DNA from: Candidatus Latescibacterota bacterium
GTDB taxonomy: Bacteria; Latescibacterota; UBA2968; GCA-2709665
Length of the DNA stretch: 64,000 nucleotides
NCBI GenBank assembly: GCA_965226795.1
Contig: CBDDDZ010000005.1
Coordinates: 1 to 64,000, forward strand
Direction: 5' to 3'
In this document: positions 30,001-39,098 of the stretch, one piece after another
How positions within the stretch are numbered: position 1 is the stretch's first letter
Layout of the letters: the number at the start of each line of letters is the position of its first letter
The notes under the pieces: model-generated
Told to the model about the DNA's origin: nothing
Database searches by the model: none
Seen by the model: the letters and a program-made list of their open reading frames with translations, nothing else
Translations under genes and position numbers: made by a program

Positions 30001-31318
30001 TCTTTGCGTCTGAAGCACCGGAAACCAGGGTAGTGCCGTCCGGGGAAAACGACACTGAATTGGCCCCACCCGTATGTCCTTCGAGTGTGGCGATCTCGGT
30101 GCGCGTGGCCGTGTCCCACAGTTTGATCGTTGCGTCTGACGAACCGGAAGCCAGGGTAGTGCCGTCCGGCGAAAACGACACTGAGTTGGCCCTACTTGTA
30201 TGTCCTTCAAGCGTGCCGATTTGTTCAAGGGAAGTCCTCACAATACTAAACCAATAGTGACTCGTGTTTCCCCGGGTATCAACGGCAATGATCCGTATTG
30301 GTTGAGTGGGTTCGTCAATAAGCGTATTGCCGCCGTCACGATTATAGGTACTGCCGCGGAAGTCGAATTCAACGACGGCGTTTTCTTCGCCCTTCAATCC
30401 ACGACAAGCGTGAAATTCCCAGGATCTATAAAACAGGAGTACTTGATGAACCCCGTCGGTATCTCCGACTTCGACGCGGATAGGGACACTTAGAGATCCT
30501 GGAGGATACGTCAGCGGCGAAGCCACTGTGATGGTGGGAGGTGACGCCTGTTCAATCGGGATATCGGGATTGAAATAGGGATGTACCGCGAGGAATTCGG
30601 CATGACACGCAGATAGCCGAGTTTGTTCCGGGCCGTAGGACATGATGTAGGCAGGATCGCTAAAATCGTGTTGCAGGCCGAAGGCGTGTCCGATTTCGTG
30701 CCCTACGAGCACAGCGTCGAAAGCGCTGGTAAAGTACACAAACCCACCAACTTTCTCGACACGGCTTCCAATTGCCAACGCATACGGAACCTCGTCAGGA
30801 CTCTGACCAATTTGCCCTCCACTGTTGTCAACGAGGATAAGGTAAACGTTGGCCGCATAGTCGAACGTCGGTGCAAGCTCGTCATCCACAAGTGATCTAG
30901 TATCCTTGAAATAGTGCAAATCAGGGTGCTGACCATCCACGCGGTGAACCATCGGCTCACCCTGTGCATCGTTCTCAAAGCTGAAAGTTCTGTTGCCGTA
31001 GCCGTGCGCCTCCATCTGCTCTGCGTAAAAAGTCTGGACCTGACGAATCACAACTTTCATCGAATCCACCACTTCCTGGCGATAGGAGCGGTCGTTGGGC
31101 AGGAAATAGATCATCCGCACGGTGCGCGGTTCGCCGATGTTGAGATCCGCCGTGCGCTTGGCCGCTGGACGGGGATTCTCCCGCCGCCACTGCTCGTAAT
31201 CGAACGGCACGCAATAATGCACGCTGTCGGACACCGAGGACGACGCATGGCCGACCCCCGACCACAGCATCAGCGTGAGCACAGTCAAGACGGAAAACCG
31301 GAACAGAGTGGGGTTCAT
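27083..31318 (-). CDS. Secreted metzincin-like protease + WD40 propellers + Big_1-like Ig domain + C-terminal EF-hand/dockerin-like module
   Basis: Signal peptide MNPTLFRF..., HEIGHAFGLQH..IMSY, many GH..SVAFSPDG..LWD repeats, terminal DFDGDG pair; start at 31318 (RBS). Confidence 0.85.
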   Translation of the reverse strand: MNPTLFRFSVLTVLTLMLWSGVGHASSSVSDSVHYCVPFDYEQWRRENPRPAAKRTADLNIGEPRTVRMIYFLPNDRSYRQEVVDSMKVVIRQVQTFYAEQMEAHGYGNRTFSFENDAQGEPMVHRVDGQHPDLHYFKDTRSLVDDELAPTFDYAANVYLILVDNSGGQIGQSPDEVPYALAIGSRVEKVGGFVYFTSAFDAVLVGHEIGHAFGLQHDFSDPAYIMSYGPEQTRLSACHAEFLAVHPYFNPDIPIEQASPPTITVASPLTYPPGSLSVPIRVEVGDTDGVHQVLLFYRSWEFHACRGLKGEENAVVEFDFRGSTYNRDGGNTLIDEPTQPIRIIAVDTRGNTSHYWFSIVRTSLEQIGTLEGHTSRANSVSFSPDGTTLASGSSDATIKLWDTATRTEIATLEGHTGGANSVSFSPDGTTLVSGASDAKIKLWDVATRTEVATLEGHTDRVTSVSFSPDGGKLASGAYDGTVRLWDVATRTEVATLEGHPRNVASVVFSPDGATLASASGDNTVRLWDVATRLPTAALEFQCGGWQSLAFSPGGAILAAGAGDAAVYLWDVRTRERIATLTGHTGPVSSAVFSSDGTTLAAGSWDKTVNLWDTSQWTRRRPFSLEIISGGGQHGTPGSVLAQPLVVIVKDQHGNPLPDASVTFTVTGGDGRLSGQYTAQHVISDASGRAAIPLTLGPRPGTYTVGVFIGSEELATFQADGVETAVTVLKGDYVAWHLPDGAGARLGKGTIGWGDRAVALSPDGRTLAVASNIGVWLYEVATARALSLLPSSLVNAVAFSAGGILAAGSASGEVELWEVETGDRIGTLRHGTAVYGLAFSPDGTVLASGSTDQVIRVWEVATRRQVATWEVPRDGYSAYSLSELAFSPDGSRLVSGFQDGTVRLWDVATRTEIATLQGHTKPVTSVAYSPKGGHLASAGAQWDGTVILWDVATRSPIATLENPGRWDQSVVFSPDGAILATGSFDGAIVLWDVATQDRLALIEGQKEVSSMAFSPDGATLASAGTRDGTVRLRDIETENTATLYGYASLNSMALSRDGTILATVSRNSQVTLWNPSTHSRIVTLSWDASFTAPFSLRSVAFSPDGGTLAAGSYRRLHLWDLATRAEIATLREHNGWVNSVAFSPDGALVATAGGWAEGGVDGTVRLWDAATRSVVAVLQGHTDEVNSVAFSLDGALASGSKDGTVRLWNVGTRSEVATFDGHTVGVNSVAFSPDGNTLASGATNGRIRLWDVASRTQVATLEGNEGNRNYGVYSVPFPNSVAFSPDGNTLASGATNGRIRLWDVASRTQVATLKGHSNVVNSVAFSPDGMTLFSGSRDGTMLQWDIAPYITPPFSTTDFDGDGNVGFSDFLKFAAQFGLSQGDTGYDARFDLDGNGTVGFSDFLIFASSFGQ
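27383..27643. repeat. Exact 105-bp direct repeat inside the WD40 region
   Basis: 27383-27487 identical to 27539-27643. Confidence 0.9.
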
Positions 31319-31441
31319 GATCCTTCCCTCCCGTATTTGGAATATGCAACTACTGCGGCAGTGACCCGCACGTGACGCCACGCCGTAAGGATCGAATCAC
31401 TGCGTTACTCCTCTAAGGCCACCAGGCCCAGCACCGGTGCC

Positions 31442-31768
31442 TCATGCACCCTGGCCGAAGCTGCCGGCAAAGATCAGAAAATTACTGAGCCCGATGGCGC
31501 CGTCGCCGTCCAGATCGAACCGCCCGTCGTACCCCGCGTCTCCCTGGCTCAGCCCGAACTGCGCCGCGGACTGCACAAAGTCAGAAAAGCCGATCGTCCC
31601 ATCACCGTCAAAGTCTGGAATAGACGCGGTATCGCCCCCGTTGGCACCTACGGCGACAGCATGCGTTGCTGTGCGATCACCGGCAGCATCGGATCGCGTC
31701 GCGGCGTAACACACAAGTGCCAGCAGTGCAAGGGCCTTACTGAACATTATTCTATATCGCGATGGCAT
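31442..31768 (-). CDS. Signal peptide + EF-hand module only (chimeric mini-gene)
   Basis: MPSRYRIMF leader of the LRR genes fused to the AAQFGLSQGD.GYD.RFDLDGDG...FGQ tail of the WD40 genes. Confidence 0.7.
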   Translation of the reverse strand: MPSRYRIMFSKALALLALVCYAATRSDAAGDRTATHAVAVGANGGDTASIPDFDGDGTIGFSDFVQSAAQFGLSQGDAGYDGRFDLDGDGAIGLSNFLIFAGSFGQGA

Positions 31769-31886
31769 TTACCGGTCTCCTGGCTATCGGTGTTGACAGA
31801 TCGCTGCTGCTATTCCGACTAAGAATTGCACCTGCCCAAAACGTATTCTGTTTTGTGGGATGCTCTAATGTGCGATATTAATCCTG

Positions 31887-31916
31887 AATGTATACACAAT
31901 TGGAAATATCAGTCAA
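31887..31916 (-). promoter_or_regulatory. Conserved sigma70-like promoter of the cassette genes (also 22723-22752, 26528-26557, 36373-36402, 38723-38752)
   Basis: TTGACT/TTGACG/TTGCAT/TCGAAT-N18-TACATT at the same position in five spacers. Confidence 0.6.
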
Positions 31917-32211
31917 GACCGGAAATTTGCCCCACCGTTCACAATTTGTCCCGGTTTCCACTTTTTTGCGACATGACCGCAATTGCCGTTGGGTGAACCA
32001 CGCTCAATTGGGAATGGGACTCGACCGGGTTGCCAGGGTTTCGAATCGGAAAACGGTCACGTATTCACCAGGCAGCGGACCGTGATCGACGATCACGGCG
32101 TGCGTGGACGAGTGAGATTGACAGGGGTAACTGAGTGAGGAAGTTTCGGAAGTAAAGAAGGGTCGGGGCGCGGGAGAGCAGCTTCGGCCCTTCATTTTTC
32201 TGTAGGGTCGT

Positions 32212-32442
32212 TCAAATGCGTTTGGCGATTTGGGGCTGGATCTCTTCGTACTCGGGAAGCGGCTTTCCTTGGGCCTGGAGAGGGCAAGTTCGCCGTGGAT
32301 CGTGACATCACAACGTCCGCCGCCCAAAGGAATGAGTGTGAAGGCTTGGATATCCTGTTTGAATTCTTACGGGAATCGGTCGGTCCGCAGAGTCTTCCTG
32401 ACCTGGACGCCGCGAGAGGCAGACGTGCCATGTTGATCGGGC
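32212..32442 (-). pseudogene. Decayed selW/Rdx copy
   Basis: EFKQDIQAFTLIPLGGGRCDVTIHGELALS, same frameshift as in R2, then PEYEEIQPQIAKRI* identical to the selW C-terminus. Confidence 0.88.
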
Positions 32443-35400
32443 TTATTGGCCGAAGCTGCCCGCAAAGATCAGAAAATCGCTGAACCCGACGGCGTCGTCG
32501 CCGTCCAGATCGAACCGCGCGTCATACCCCGTGTCGCCCTGGCTCAGCCCGAACTGCGCCGCGAATTTCAGAAAGTCGGAAAATCCCACGGTACCATCGC
32601 CGTCGAAGTCGGTAGAGGGGAGTGGGGGCGAGATGTAACGCGCAATATCCCACAGCAGCACCGTGCCGTCCTCCGAGCCGGAGGAGAGCATGGTACCAAC
32701 CTGCGAAAACGACAGAGAATTGACCGAACCAGCATGCCCTTCCAGGGTGGCGACACTTTCTTTCTTCAACACGTCCCACAGTTTTATAACGCCGTAAAAC
32801 GAGCCGGTTGCCAGCAGTGTCCCATCGGGCGAAAACGCCCCAGACTTGATCTGACTCTCATGCTCTTCGAAGGTGGCGATGTTCTCTTTTGTAACCGCGT
32901 CCCACAGCTTGACCGAGCCTATAATGTGTCCAAGTTTAACATAGTCCGACCCGGTGGCGAGCATCGTACCATCGGGCGAAAACAACACAAAGCCACCGGC
33001 AATATCCACACTTGTGTGACCGATGGGTATCGTTGCGGTATTTTCCAGTGTCGCCACGTCCCACAGGTTGATGAAGCCATCGAAGGTTTTTGAAGCAAGC
33101 TGCTTTCCATCCACAGAAAACGACAGGGTGGTTGTGGAAGAAGCAACGGCGGTCTGTGCCTGCGTCGCCAGGTTCCAGAGAACGATCTCATAAGGTCCCC
33201 CCGAAGCGATCGTTGTTCCGTCCGGGGATGGTACGATACTGAAGATCCCACACCCGGGCCTGAAATAGTCGGCCATAAGCGAAAAAGCACTCGACCTCGG
33301 TGGAGCCTGCCACAGCTTGATTTCCTGGTTCGCACCCGAGGCGAGGGTGGTACCATCCGGTAAAAAAGCTAAGGAAGTGACCGCACTCGTATGCCCTTCC
33401 AGGGTGGCTACCTGTGCGCCTGTTTCCACGTCCCAAAGCCTGACCGTTTTATCGTCGTATCCCAGAGCGAGTATCGTTCCGTCGCCTGAAAACGCCACCG
33501 AAGAAACCGCGCCGCCTTTCACGAGCTCGTCCACAACTCCTCTCGCCGAAACATCCCACAGGTTGACCGAGCCATCGGAAAGACCCGAGGCGAGAACCCC
33601 ATCGCGTGAGAACGCGACGGACGTGACTCCAACAGTAGGTACTTCGAGGGTAGAGACATTCTCTCTTGTCGCCACGTCCCACAGCTTGATAGTGCCGTCG
33701 CTTGAAGCCGAAACGAGGGTTTTCTCATCGACTGAAAACGTCACGGAATTGACTCTGTCCGTATGCCCTTCGAGGGTGGCGACATTGTTCCTTGTCGTTA
33801 CGTCCCATAGCTTGATTGTCCAGTCCCAGGACCCGGAGGCAAGAATGGTGCCATCTGGTGAAAACGAAATGGATGCGACCGGGTACGTATGCCCCTCGAG
33901 CGTAGCGACCTGGGTGTCCGTGGTTACGTCCCACAGCTTGATCGTCCTGTCATGGGACCCTAAAGCGAGCAGCTTCCCGTCCGGCGAGAACGATACGGAG
34001 ATAGGATCATTGAGATAATTGGATGTGCGCCTTCCTTCATATGTGGCGACATTGCGTCCCGTCTCCGTGTCCCACAGCATGATGGTGTTATCCAGGGAAC
34101 CGGAAGCGAGCAGCTTCCCGTCCGGTGAAAAGGCCACGGACAAAACCCAGTTACCATATGCGGAAATAGTAGTGGTCAGTACGCCTGTCGCTACGTCCCA
34201 TAGCTTGATGTTGTCCTGGAAATAGTATCGCTCGGACCACGCGAGGTTGGAACCGTCCGGTGAGAAGGACATGGAGGTGATCTGCTTCTCGGCGGGCAAC
34301 AGGACGAGCGGCCGCGACTTCGCCACATCGTAAAGCCAGACGCCAATCTTTGTCGCCACAGCGAGCTGTTGGCCATCCGGCGAAAAGACAACCGCTCTCC
34401 CGTCCAGCGCAAGGCGGCCTTTTCCAAGTCGAGCAGTTGCACCATCCGGTAGATGCCATGTGCGGAATTCACGGCCCATGCTCGGGGGCATGACAGGCTC
34501 TCCATGGCCCACCGCATGAAATGTCTCGACTGCGAGTTCTTCCAGAGACACTTCAACGGCGTTCGCGCCTGGGTTGGGACCAAGGGTAAGGATACGCTCC
34601 GCCCGGCCACTGGCATCGGTCGTCACGTTTTTCAGCTTGAAGCGTCCACTGAGCCTGCCGTCGCCTGCAGTGACCGTAAAGGTGACCTGCGCACCCGGCA
34701 GCGGATTGCCGTACTGATCTCTCACTTCCACGACGATGGGAGTTGCCAATACAGAACCTGTCGCGCCCTGCTGGTCGTCACCGGAAATTATATCCAGCGT
34801 TTGAGGACGAGGGAGCGTCGATTCAGACGCAACTGCGGAAAGGACAAAATCCGTCTGGCTCACATTCCCCGCGGCATCGACGGCCCTGACCTGGATATCA
34901 TGCCTGGGTGGCGTGGAAAGACTCGTAAAATCACCCTCTATTACAGCACTCGGAATGACGCCGTTGTAATCGAAGGTGACGACAGCATTCTCATCACCCG
35001 CCAACCCTCGACACGCCCTCACTTCAGTCCCACGGGAATTTTCGAACAGGATCACTTGATAAAGTCCATCCGAATCGCTGACTTCGAGCTGCACGGAAAC
35101 GCTTTTTTCGCCCTCCGGATAGGTAAGCGGCGAGATCAGTTCGATAGCAGGGGCTCGCGCCGCTTCAATTGGTACACTCCGATTGAAATAGGGATGCACG
35201 GTAAGAAACTCGGCGTTGCACGCTGACACTCCGGACTCCTGGAGGTTACCGTACGACATGACGTACGCGTTGGCGCGGAAATCGTGCTGTAACCCGAAGG
35301 TGTGGCCCAATTCGTGGCTGACAACATTGTGGAAATTGAACGGATCCATTTCGTTGCTGGTAACCAGAGCCAATCCCCCTATTTTTCCAATTCGTGTTGC

Positions 35401-35931
35401 TTTCCCTCCCGCGAACCTGTCAATCACACCCGTGCTATTGTCGATGACGACAAGGTATATGTTTTGTTCCGGATCAAACGCGTTTTCAATCTCTTCTAAC
35501 ACCTTTCCGGTTGTGTCGTCAAGATAGTGACTGTCGGCGTGTTGCCCATCCACGCGATGCACAATCGGCGTTCCCTCTGCATCGGATTCAAAGCCGAAGG
35601 TTTTATCCCCGTAGCCGCGCGCCTGCAAGGATACGGTATAGAAGGTCTGAACCTCGCGGATCCTGTCTTTCATATCCTGAACGACCTCCGCGCTATAAGG
35701 GCGGTCATCAGGCAGGAAGTAGATCATCCGCACCGTGCGCGGTTCGCCCACGTTCAGATCCGCCGGCCGCTTGGCGGCAGGGCGGGGGTGATCCCGCCGC
35801 CATTCCTCGTAATCGAAAGGCGCGCAGAAATGCACGCTGTCGGGTGGTGAGGAAGAGGCGGAACTGATGGAAGCGCAATACAGCATTGCGAAAAAGCATA
35901 TCGCCACGTTTACTGCCGTCTTTTCATACAT
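32443..35931 (-). CDS. Secreted metzincin-like protease + Big_1-like + WD40 + C-terminal EF-hand/dockerin-like module
   Basis: HELGHTFGLQH..VMSY, WD40 repeats, terminal DFDGDG pair; paralog of the 27083 gene. Confidence 0.85.
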   Translation of the reverse strand: MYEKTAVNVAICFFAMLYCASISSASSSPPDSVHFCAPFDYEEWRRDHPRPAAKRPADLNVGEPRTVRMIYFLPDDRPYSAEVVQDMKDRIREVQTFYTVSLQARGYGDKTFGFESDAEGTPIVHRVDGQHADSHYLDDTTGKVLEEIENAFDPEQNIYLVVIDNSTGVIDRFAGGKATRIGKIGGLALVTSNEMDPFNFHNVVSHELGHTFGLQHDFRANAYVMSYGNLQESGVSACNAEFLTVHPYFNRSVPIEAARAPAIELISPLTYPEGEKSVSVQLEVSDSDGLYQVILFENSRGTEVRACRGLAGDENAVVTFDYNGVIPSAVIEGDFTSLSTPPRHDIQVRAVDAAGNVSQTDFVLSAVASESTLPRPQTLDIISGDDQQGATGSVLATPIVVEVRDQYGNPLPGAQVTFTVTAGDGRLSGRFKLKNVTTDASGRAERILTLGPNPGANAVEVSLEELAVETFHAVGHGEPVMPPSMGREFRTWHLPDGATARLGKGRLALDGRAVVFSPDGQQLAVATKIGVWLYDVAKSRPLVLLPAEKQITSMSFSPDGSNLAWSERYYFQDNIKLWDVATGVLTTTISAYGNWVLSVAFSPDGKLLASGSLDNTIMLWDTETGRNVATYEGRRTSNYLNDPISVSFSPDGKLLALGSHDRTIKLWDVTTDTQVATLEGHTYPVASISFSPDGTILASGSWDWTIKLWDVTTRNNVATLEGHTDRVNSVTFSVDEKTLVSASSDGTIKLWDVATRENVSTLEVPTVGVTSVAFSRDGVLASGLSDGSVNLWDVSARGVVDELVKGGAVSSVAFSGDGTILALGYDDKTVRLWDVETGAQVATLEGHTSAVTSLAFLPDGTTLASGANQEIKLWQAPPRSSAFSLMADYFRPGCGIFSIVPSPDGTTIASGGPYEIVLWNLATQAQTAVASSTTTLSFSVDGKQLASKTFDGFINLWDVATLENTATIPIGHTSVDIAGGFVLFSPDGTMLATGSDYVKLGHIIGSVKLWDAVTKENIATFEEHESQIKSGAFSPDGTLLATGSFYGVIKLWDVLKKESVATLEGHAGSVNSLSFSQVGTMLSSGSEDGTVLLWDIARYISPPLPSTDFDGDGTVGFSDFLKFAAQFGLSQGDTGYDARFDLDGDDAVGFSDFLIFAGSFGQ

Positions 35932-36022
35932 TTGTATGCCCTTTCTTTAGAGCGACAAGCAACCATGCGTTGCAATCGCCGGATGTGTCGGCGCTCGCCG
36001 CACCTCGTACACTGCAATTTCG

Positions 36023-36247
36023 TCATTGCAAGCGGAACTTCGCAGCGAACTTCACGAAATCGCCAAAGCCGATCGTCCCGTCGCCGTCAAAGTCTCGTAT
36101 GGACGCGGTATCGTCGCCGTTGGCATCGACGGCTACAGCATTGGTTGTTGTGGGATCAATGTTTGCATTGGAACCTGTCGCGGCGTGACATACGAATGCC
36201 AGCAGCGCCAGGGCGGCACTGAACATAATTCCATTTCGCGATTGCAA
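36023..36247 (-). pseudogene. Truncated leader + half EF-hand fragment
   Basis: MQSRNGIMFSAAL...DFDGDGTIGFGDFVKFAAKFRLQ*; 36043-36218 matches 40373-40548 with 5 mismatches. Confidence 0.75.
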
Positions 36248-36778
36248 TTTCCGCTCTCCTAGCTATCGGTGCTGACTGAACGCCCCGGCTACTTCGAAAA
36301 GATAAGCAAAACAGCACATGCCCAAAGCGCAATATGTTTTGTGTGGTCCTCTATTGCGCAATATTTATACTGAATGTATCACATGTCTCAGATGTCCGTC
36401 AAGATGCGAAAATTGCCCCTCCGTTCGCAATTTGTCCCGGTTGCAACTTTTTCCGGCATGACCTTATTTGCCGATAGGCACGGGACCCTCAATCGGGGAT
36501 GGGACTCGCGGGTGTCGCCTGGCAACGAATCGGAGAACGGACGCTTCTTCACCTGGCGCCGGACCGAGATCGCCTATTAGGGCGGGCCCGGACGAGTGTG
36601 ATTGACGAAGGTATCTGAGTGAGGAAGTTTGGGGAGCAAAGAGAATGGTAAAGGCGTGTACCAGCGGTTTCGACCCTTTCTTTCATTTATTTGCGCATAG
36701 ATGCAGTAGGCTAATTGGGACGGAGTTTCCTGTATTTCGGTACGGCTGGCGCGTTCTATGGCACGGAAACACGAGGAA
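36248..36778. repeat. Junction/spacer repeat R4 (degenerate terminator ~36638-36683)
   Basis: Homologous to R1-R3 and R5; cargo-proximal end resembles R0. Confidence 0.8.
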
Positions 36779-38605
36779 TCATCGATGTATGGTGCGGACG
36801 ATACGTCCCTGCTTGTCAACCACGTAGATAGGTTCATTCATCAGCCCGGCGCCGCACGTCAGCGTCGACTCCGGTACTAATGGCAGGCCCGGAAACGACT
36901 TCACTTGGTTATCATTGAACCCAGTGTAACCAGTCCAAACCCGTGCGAGGCTATTCAAACGCCCCGTCCGGCGGTCGTCTTCGAGAATCGCGGAAGGTCC
37001 ATCCCAAACGCTTCCCTGTCCGTACAGGTCTGCGTCGCGTGACGGAGTTATAGTGTGCCGCGTGAGATCGAGAACGGAGCCGGAGACCGAGGGCTGGTAT
37101 GAGGCGATCTTTGCGGCCATCTTGCCGGCGGTGGAAGTGGGAAGGGTATACGCATCGGCCTGTGCGACATCCACGCCGTAGCCGAGATCGGCCAGAGACT
37201 GAACCGTAATCGCGCTGAGCGCCCCTCCGCCGCCCGGCCCCATGAGTTCGCCCTCAAGCAAAGGTACCCTCCAGTGCGAATAACTCTTCTCCAACGGCAC
37301 TTTTGCACCCGTGTAGTCCCGTCCGCCGGCGTCGTCAAAGGCGGCGATCGCCAGCGGACCGTTGAAGTGTCTGTCGCCATTCGGCGGGTCCTGAAGGTAG
37401 CCGAACTCGTTCCATACATAACTAGAAAACCCCAGAACGTGCCCCGTCTCGTGGAGCCCGGTCACCAGCCAATAGAGGAATTTCGTATTGAACGTCATGC
37501 ATCCCACGATGGGTAGACGGGTGTCGCGTAACAGGCTTACCCCACCATACCCAGCTGGACCGTCGGCGTCTTCAAAGCGGCTCACATAGATCCGCAGGTC
37601 GTCTACCCGTTCCCCGGAGGGAATTTCAAATGAATGTTCGCCGCACGTACCCGACCAGTCCTGAGCAAATTCATAGTCCGGCAGATCCTCCGTAATGATT
37701 GACATCCAGCGCCGGCTCACCCATTGAAGCGCATGCTTCTGACCTTCAGTGTAGTCTTCAGTAATGTCGCCGAGCAAAACTAATTCGATGTCGAAGTCGC
37801 CCTTGTGGAACGAATCAAAGCGTACCGTAACCCCGCGGCTCTCAAGGACGGGAATATGATCGTTGATGGAGGAGTCGTTCAGGACGTTCCACAAAAGACC
37901 CAACTGAGTGAGGTTGGTCAAGCCCGAAAGTGCCGAGATATCCGTGATCGCGTTATGGCCAAGATCCAGGTTTGTCAGGTTGGTCAAGCCCCCCAGCGCC
38001 GACACATCCGAGATGTTGTTTCCGAAAAGGTTCAGGACTGTCAGGTTGGCCAGGCTCCCCAGCGCCGACACATCCGTGATGTTGTTTAATACAAGAACCA
38101 GCTGTGTCAGGTTGGTGGCATACTCCAGCCCGCTCAAATCGCTTATGTCCGCTGCTTCCGCCACAAGCGTGGTCAGAGTCTTCATTTCAGCCTGTGTGAT
38201 CTGCGTGCGGCTGGCCTTTCCCAGGGCCAACTCAATAGCCGCCCTCAGGTTTGCATCCGGAATCGCGACGACCGGAGAAGGCACCTCTTTGCCGAAGTTT
38301 TGTGCGAAGATGACAAAGTCCGAAAAACCGATCTCGCCATCGCCATCCAAATCAAGCCGGTCATCGTACTTCTCATCACTCTGGCGCGCTCCGAACACCC
38401 CAGCGAAGATCACAAAATCGCCAAAGCCGATGGTCCCGTCACCGTCAAAGTCTGGTATGGACGCGGTATCGTCGCCGTTGGCATCGACGCTGGTCGCAAG
38501 TGCTGACACATCGCCATCGCTTGCATCGGAACCCACAGCGGCGTGACATACAAATGCCAGAATTGCAAGGCTGGCGCCGATCATAATTCTATATCGTGAT
38601 GGCAT
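36779..38605 (-). CDS. Secreted EF-hand/dockerin-like + short LRR + M8-like metalloprotease
   Basis: HETGHVLG, SHW, ELMG; same C-terminal EPIYVVD.QGRIVRTI motif. Confidence 0.85.
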   Translation of the reverse strand: MPSRYRIMIGASLAILAFVCHAAVGSDASDGDVSALATSVDANGDDTASIPDFDGDGTIGFGDFVIFAGVFGARQSDEKYDDRLDLDGDGEIGFSDFVIFAQNFGKEVPSPVVAIPDANLRAAIELALGKASRTQITQAEMKTLTTLVAEAADISDLSGLEYATNLTQLVLVLNNITDVSALGSLANLTVLNLFGNNISDVSALGGLTNLTNLDLGHNAITDISALSGLTNLTQLGLLWNVLNDSSINDHIPVLESRGVTVRFDSFHKGDFDIELVLLGDITEDYTEGQKHALQWVSRRWMSIITEDLPDYEFAQDWSGTCGEHSFEIPSGERVDDLRIYVSRFEDADGPAGYGGVSLLRDTRLPIVGCMTFNTKFLYWLVTGLHETGHVLGFSSYVWNEFGYLQDPPNGDRHFNGPLAIAAFDDAGGRDYTGAKVPLEKSYSHWRVPLLEGELMGPGGGGALSAITVQSLADLGYGVDVAQADAYTLPTSTAGKMAAKIASYQPSVSGSVLDLTRHTITPSRDADLYGQGSVWDGPSAILEDDRRTGRLNSLARVWTGYTGFNDNQVKSFPGLPLVPESTLTCGAGLMNEPIYVVDKQGRIVRTIHR

Positions 38606-39098
38606 TTTTCGCTCTCCTGGCTACTTTTGTTGACAGATCGCCTCTGCGATTTAATCAAGAACTGCACCTGCCAAAAGCGCAATCTGGTTTGTGCGATGCT
38701 CTAATGTGCAATATCAATCAAGAATGTATCACATATTGCTGATGCCATGCAATACCCGAAATTTGCCCCACCGTTCGCAATTTGTCCCGGTTTCCACTTT
38801 TTTTTCGTATAACCTCATTTGCCGTTGGGCACGGCACTAAATCTGGGACGAGACTCGCCGGGGTCGGCTCGGCGATGAACTTGAAAATGGCCTCGTATTC
38901 ACCTGGTACAGGGCAGCGATCGACTATAACGGCGGGTTTGGACGAGTGTGACTGACACGGGTAACTAAGCGAGGAAGTTTGGGCAACAAAGAAGGGTAGA
39001 GGCGCGCGGCTTCGCCCCTTCTCGTCGTTATGCAATCGATCAGATGCGTCTGGCGACCTGGCGCTGGATTCCTTCGCTGCCCCGCAAAACGCCATCCA
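38606..39098. repeat. Junction/spacer repeat R5 (terminator ~38990-39022, selW remnant ~39040-39076)
   Basis: Homologous to R1-R4. Confidence 0.85.

Larger units (their letters stand above)
31769..32442. repeat. Junction/spacer repeat R3 (terminator 32157-32193)
   Basis: Homologous to R1, R2, R4 and R5. Confidence 0.9.

Noticed and set aside
24320..30200. CRISPR array
   Set aside because: The periodic repeats are in-frame LRR/WD40 coding units without unique spacers; no cas genes.
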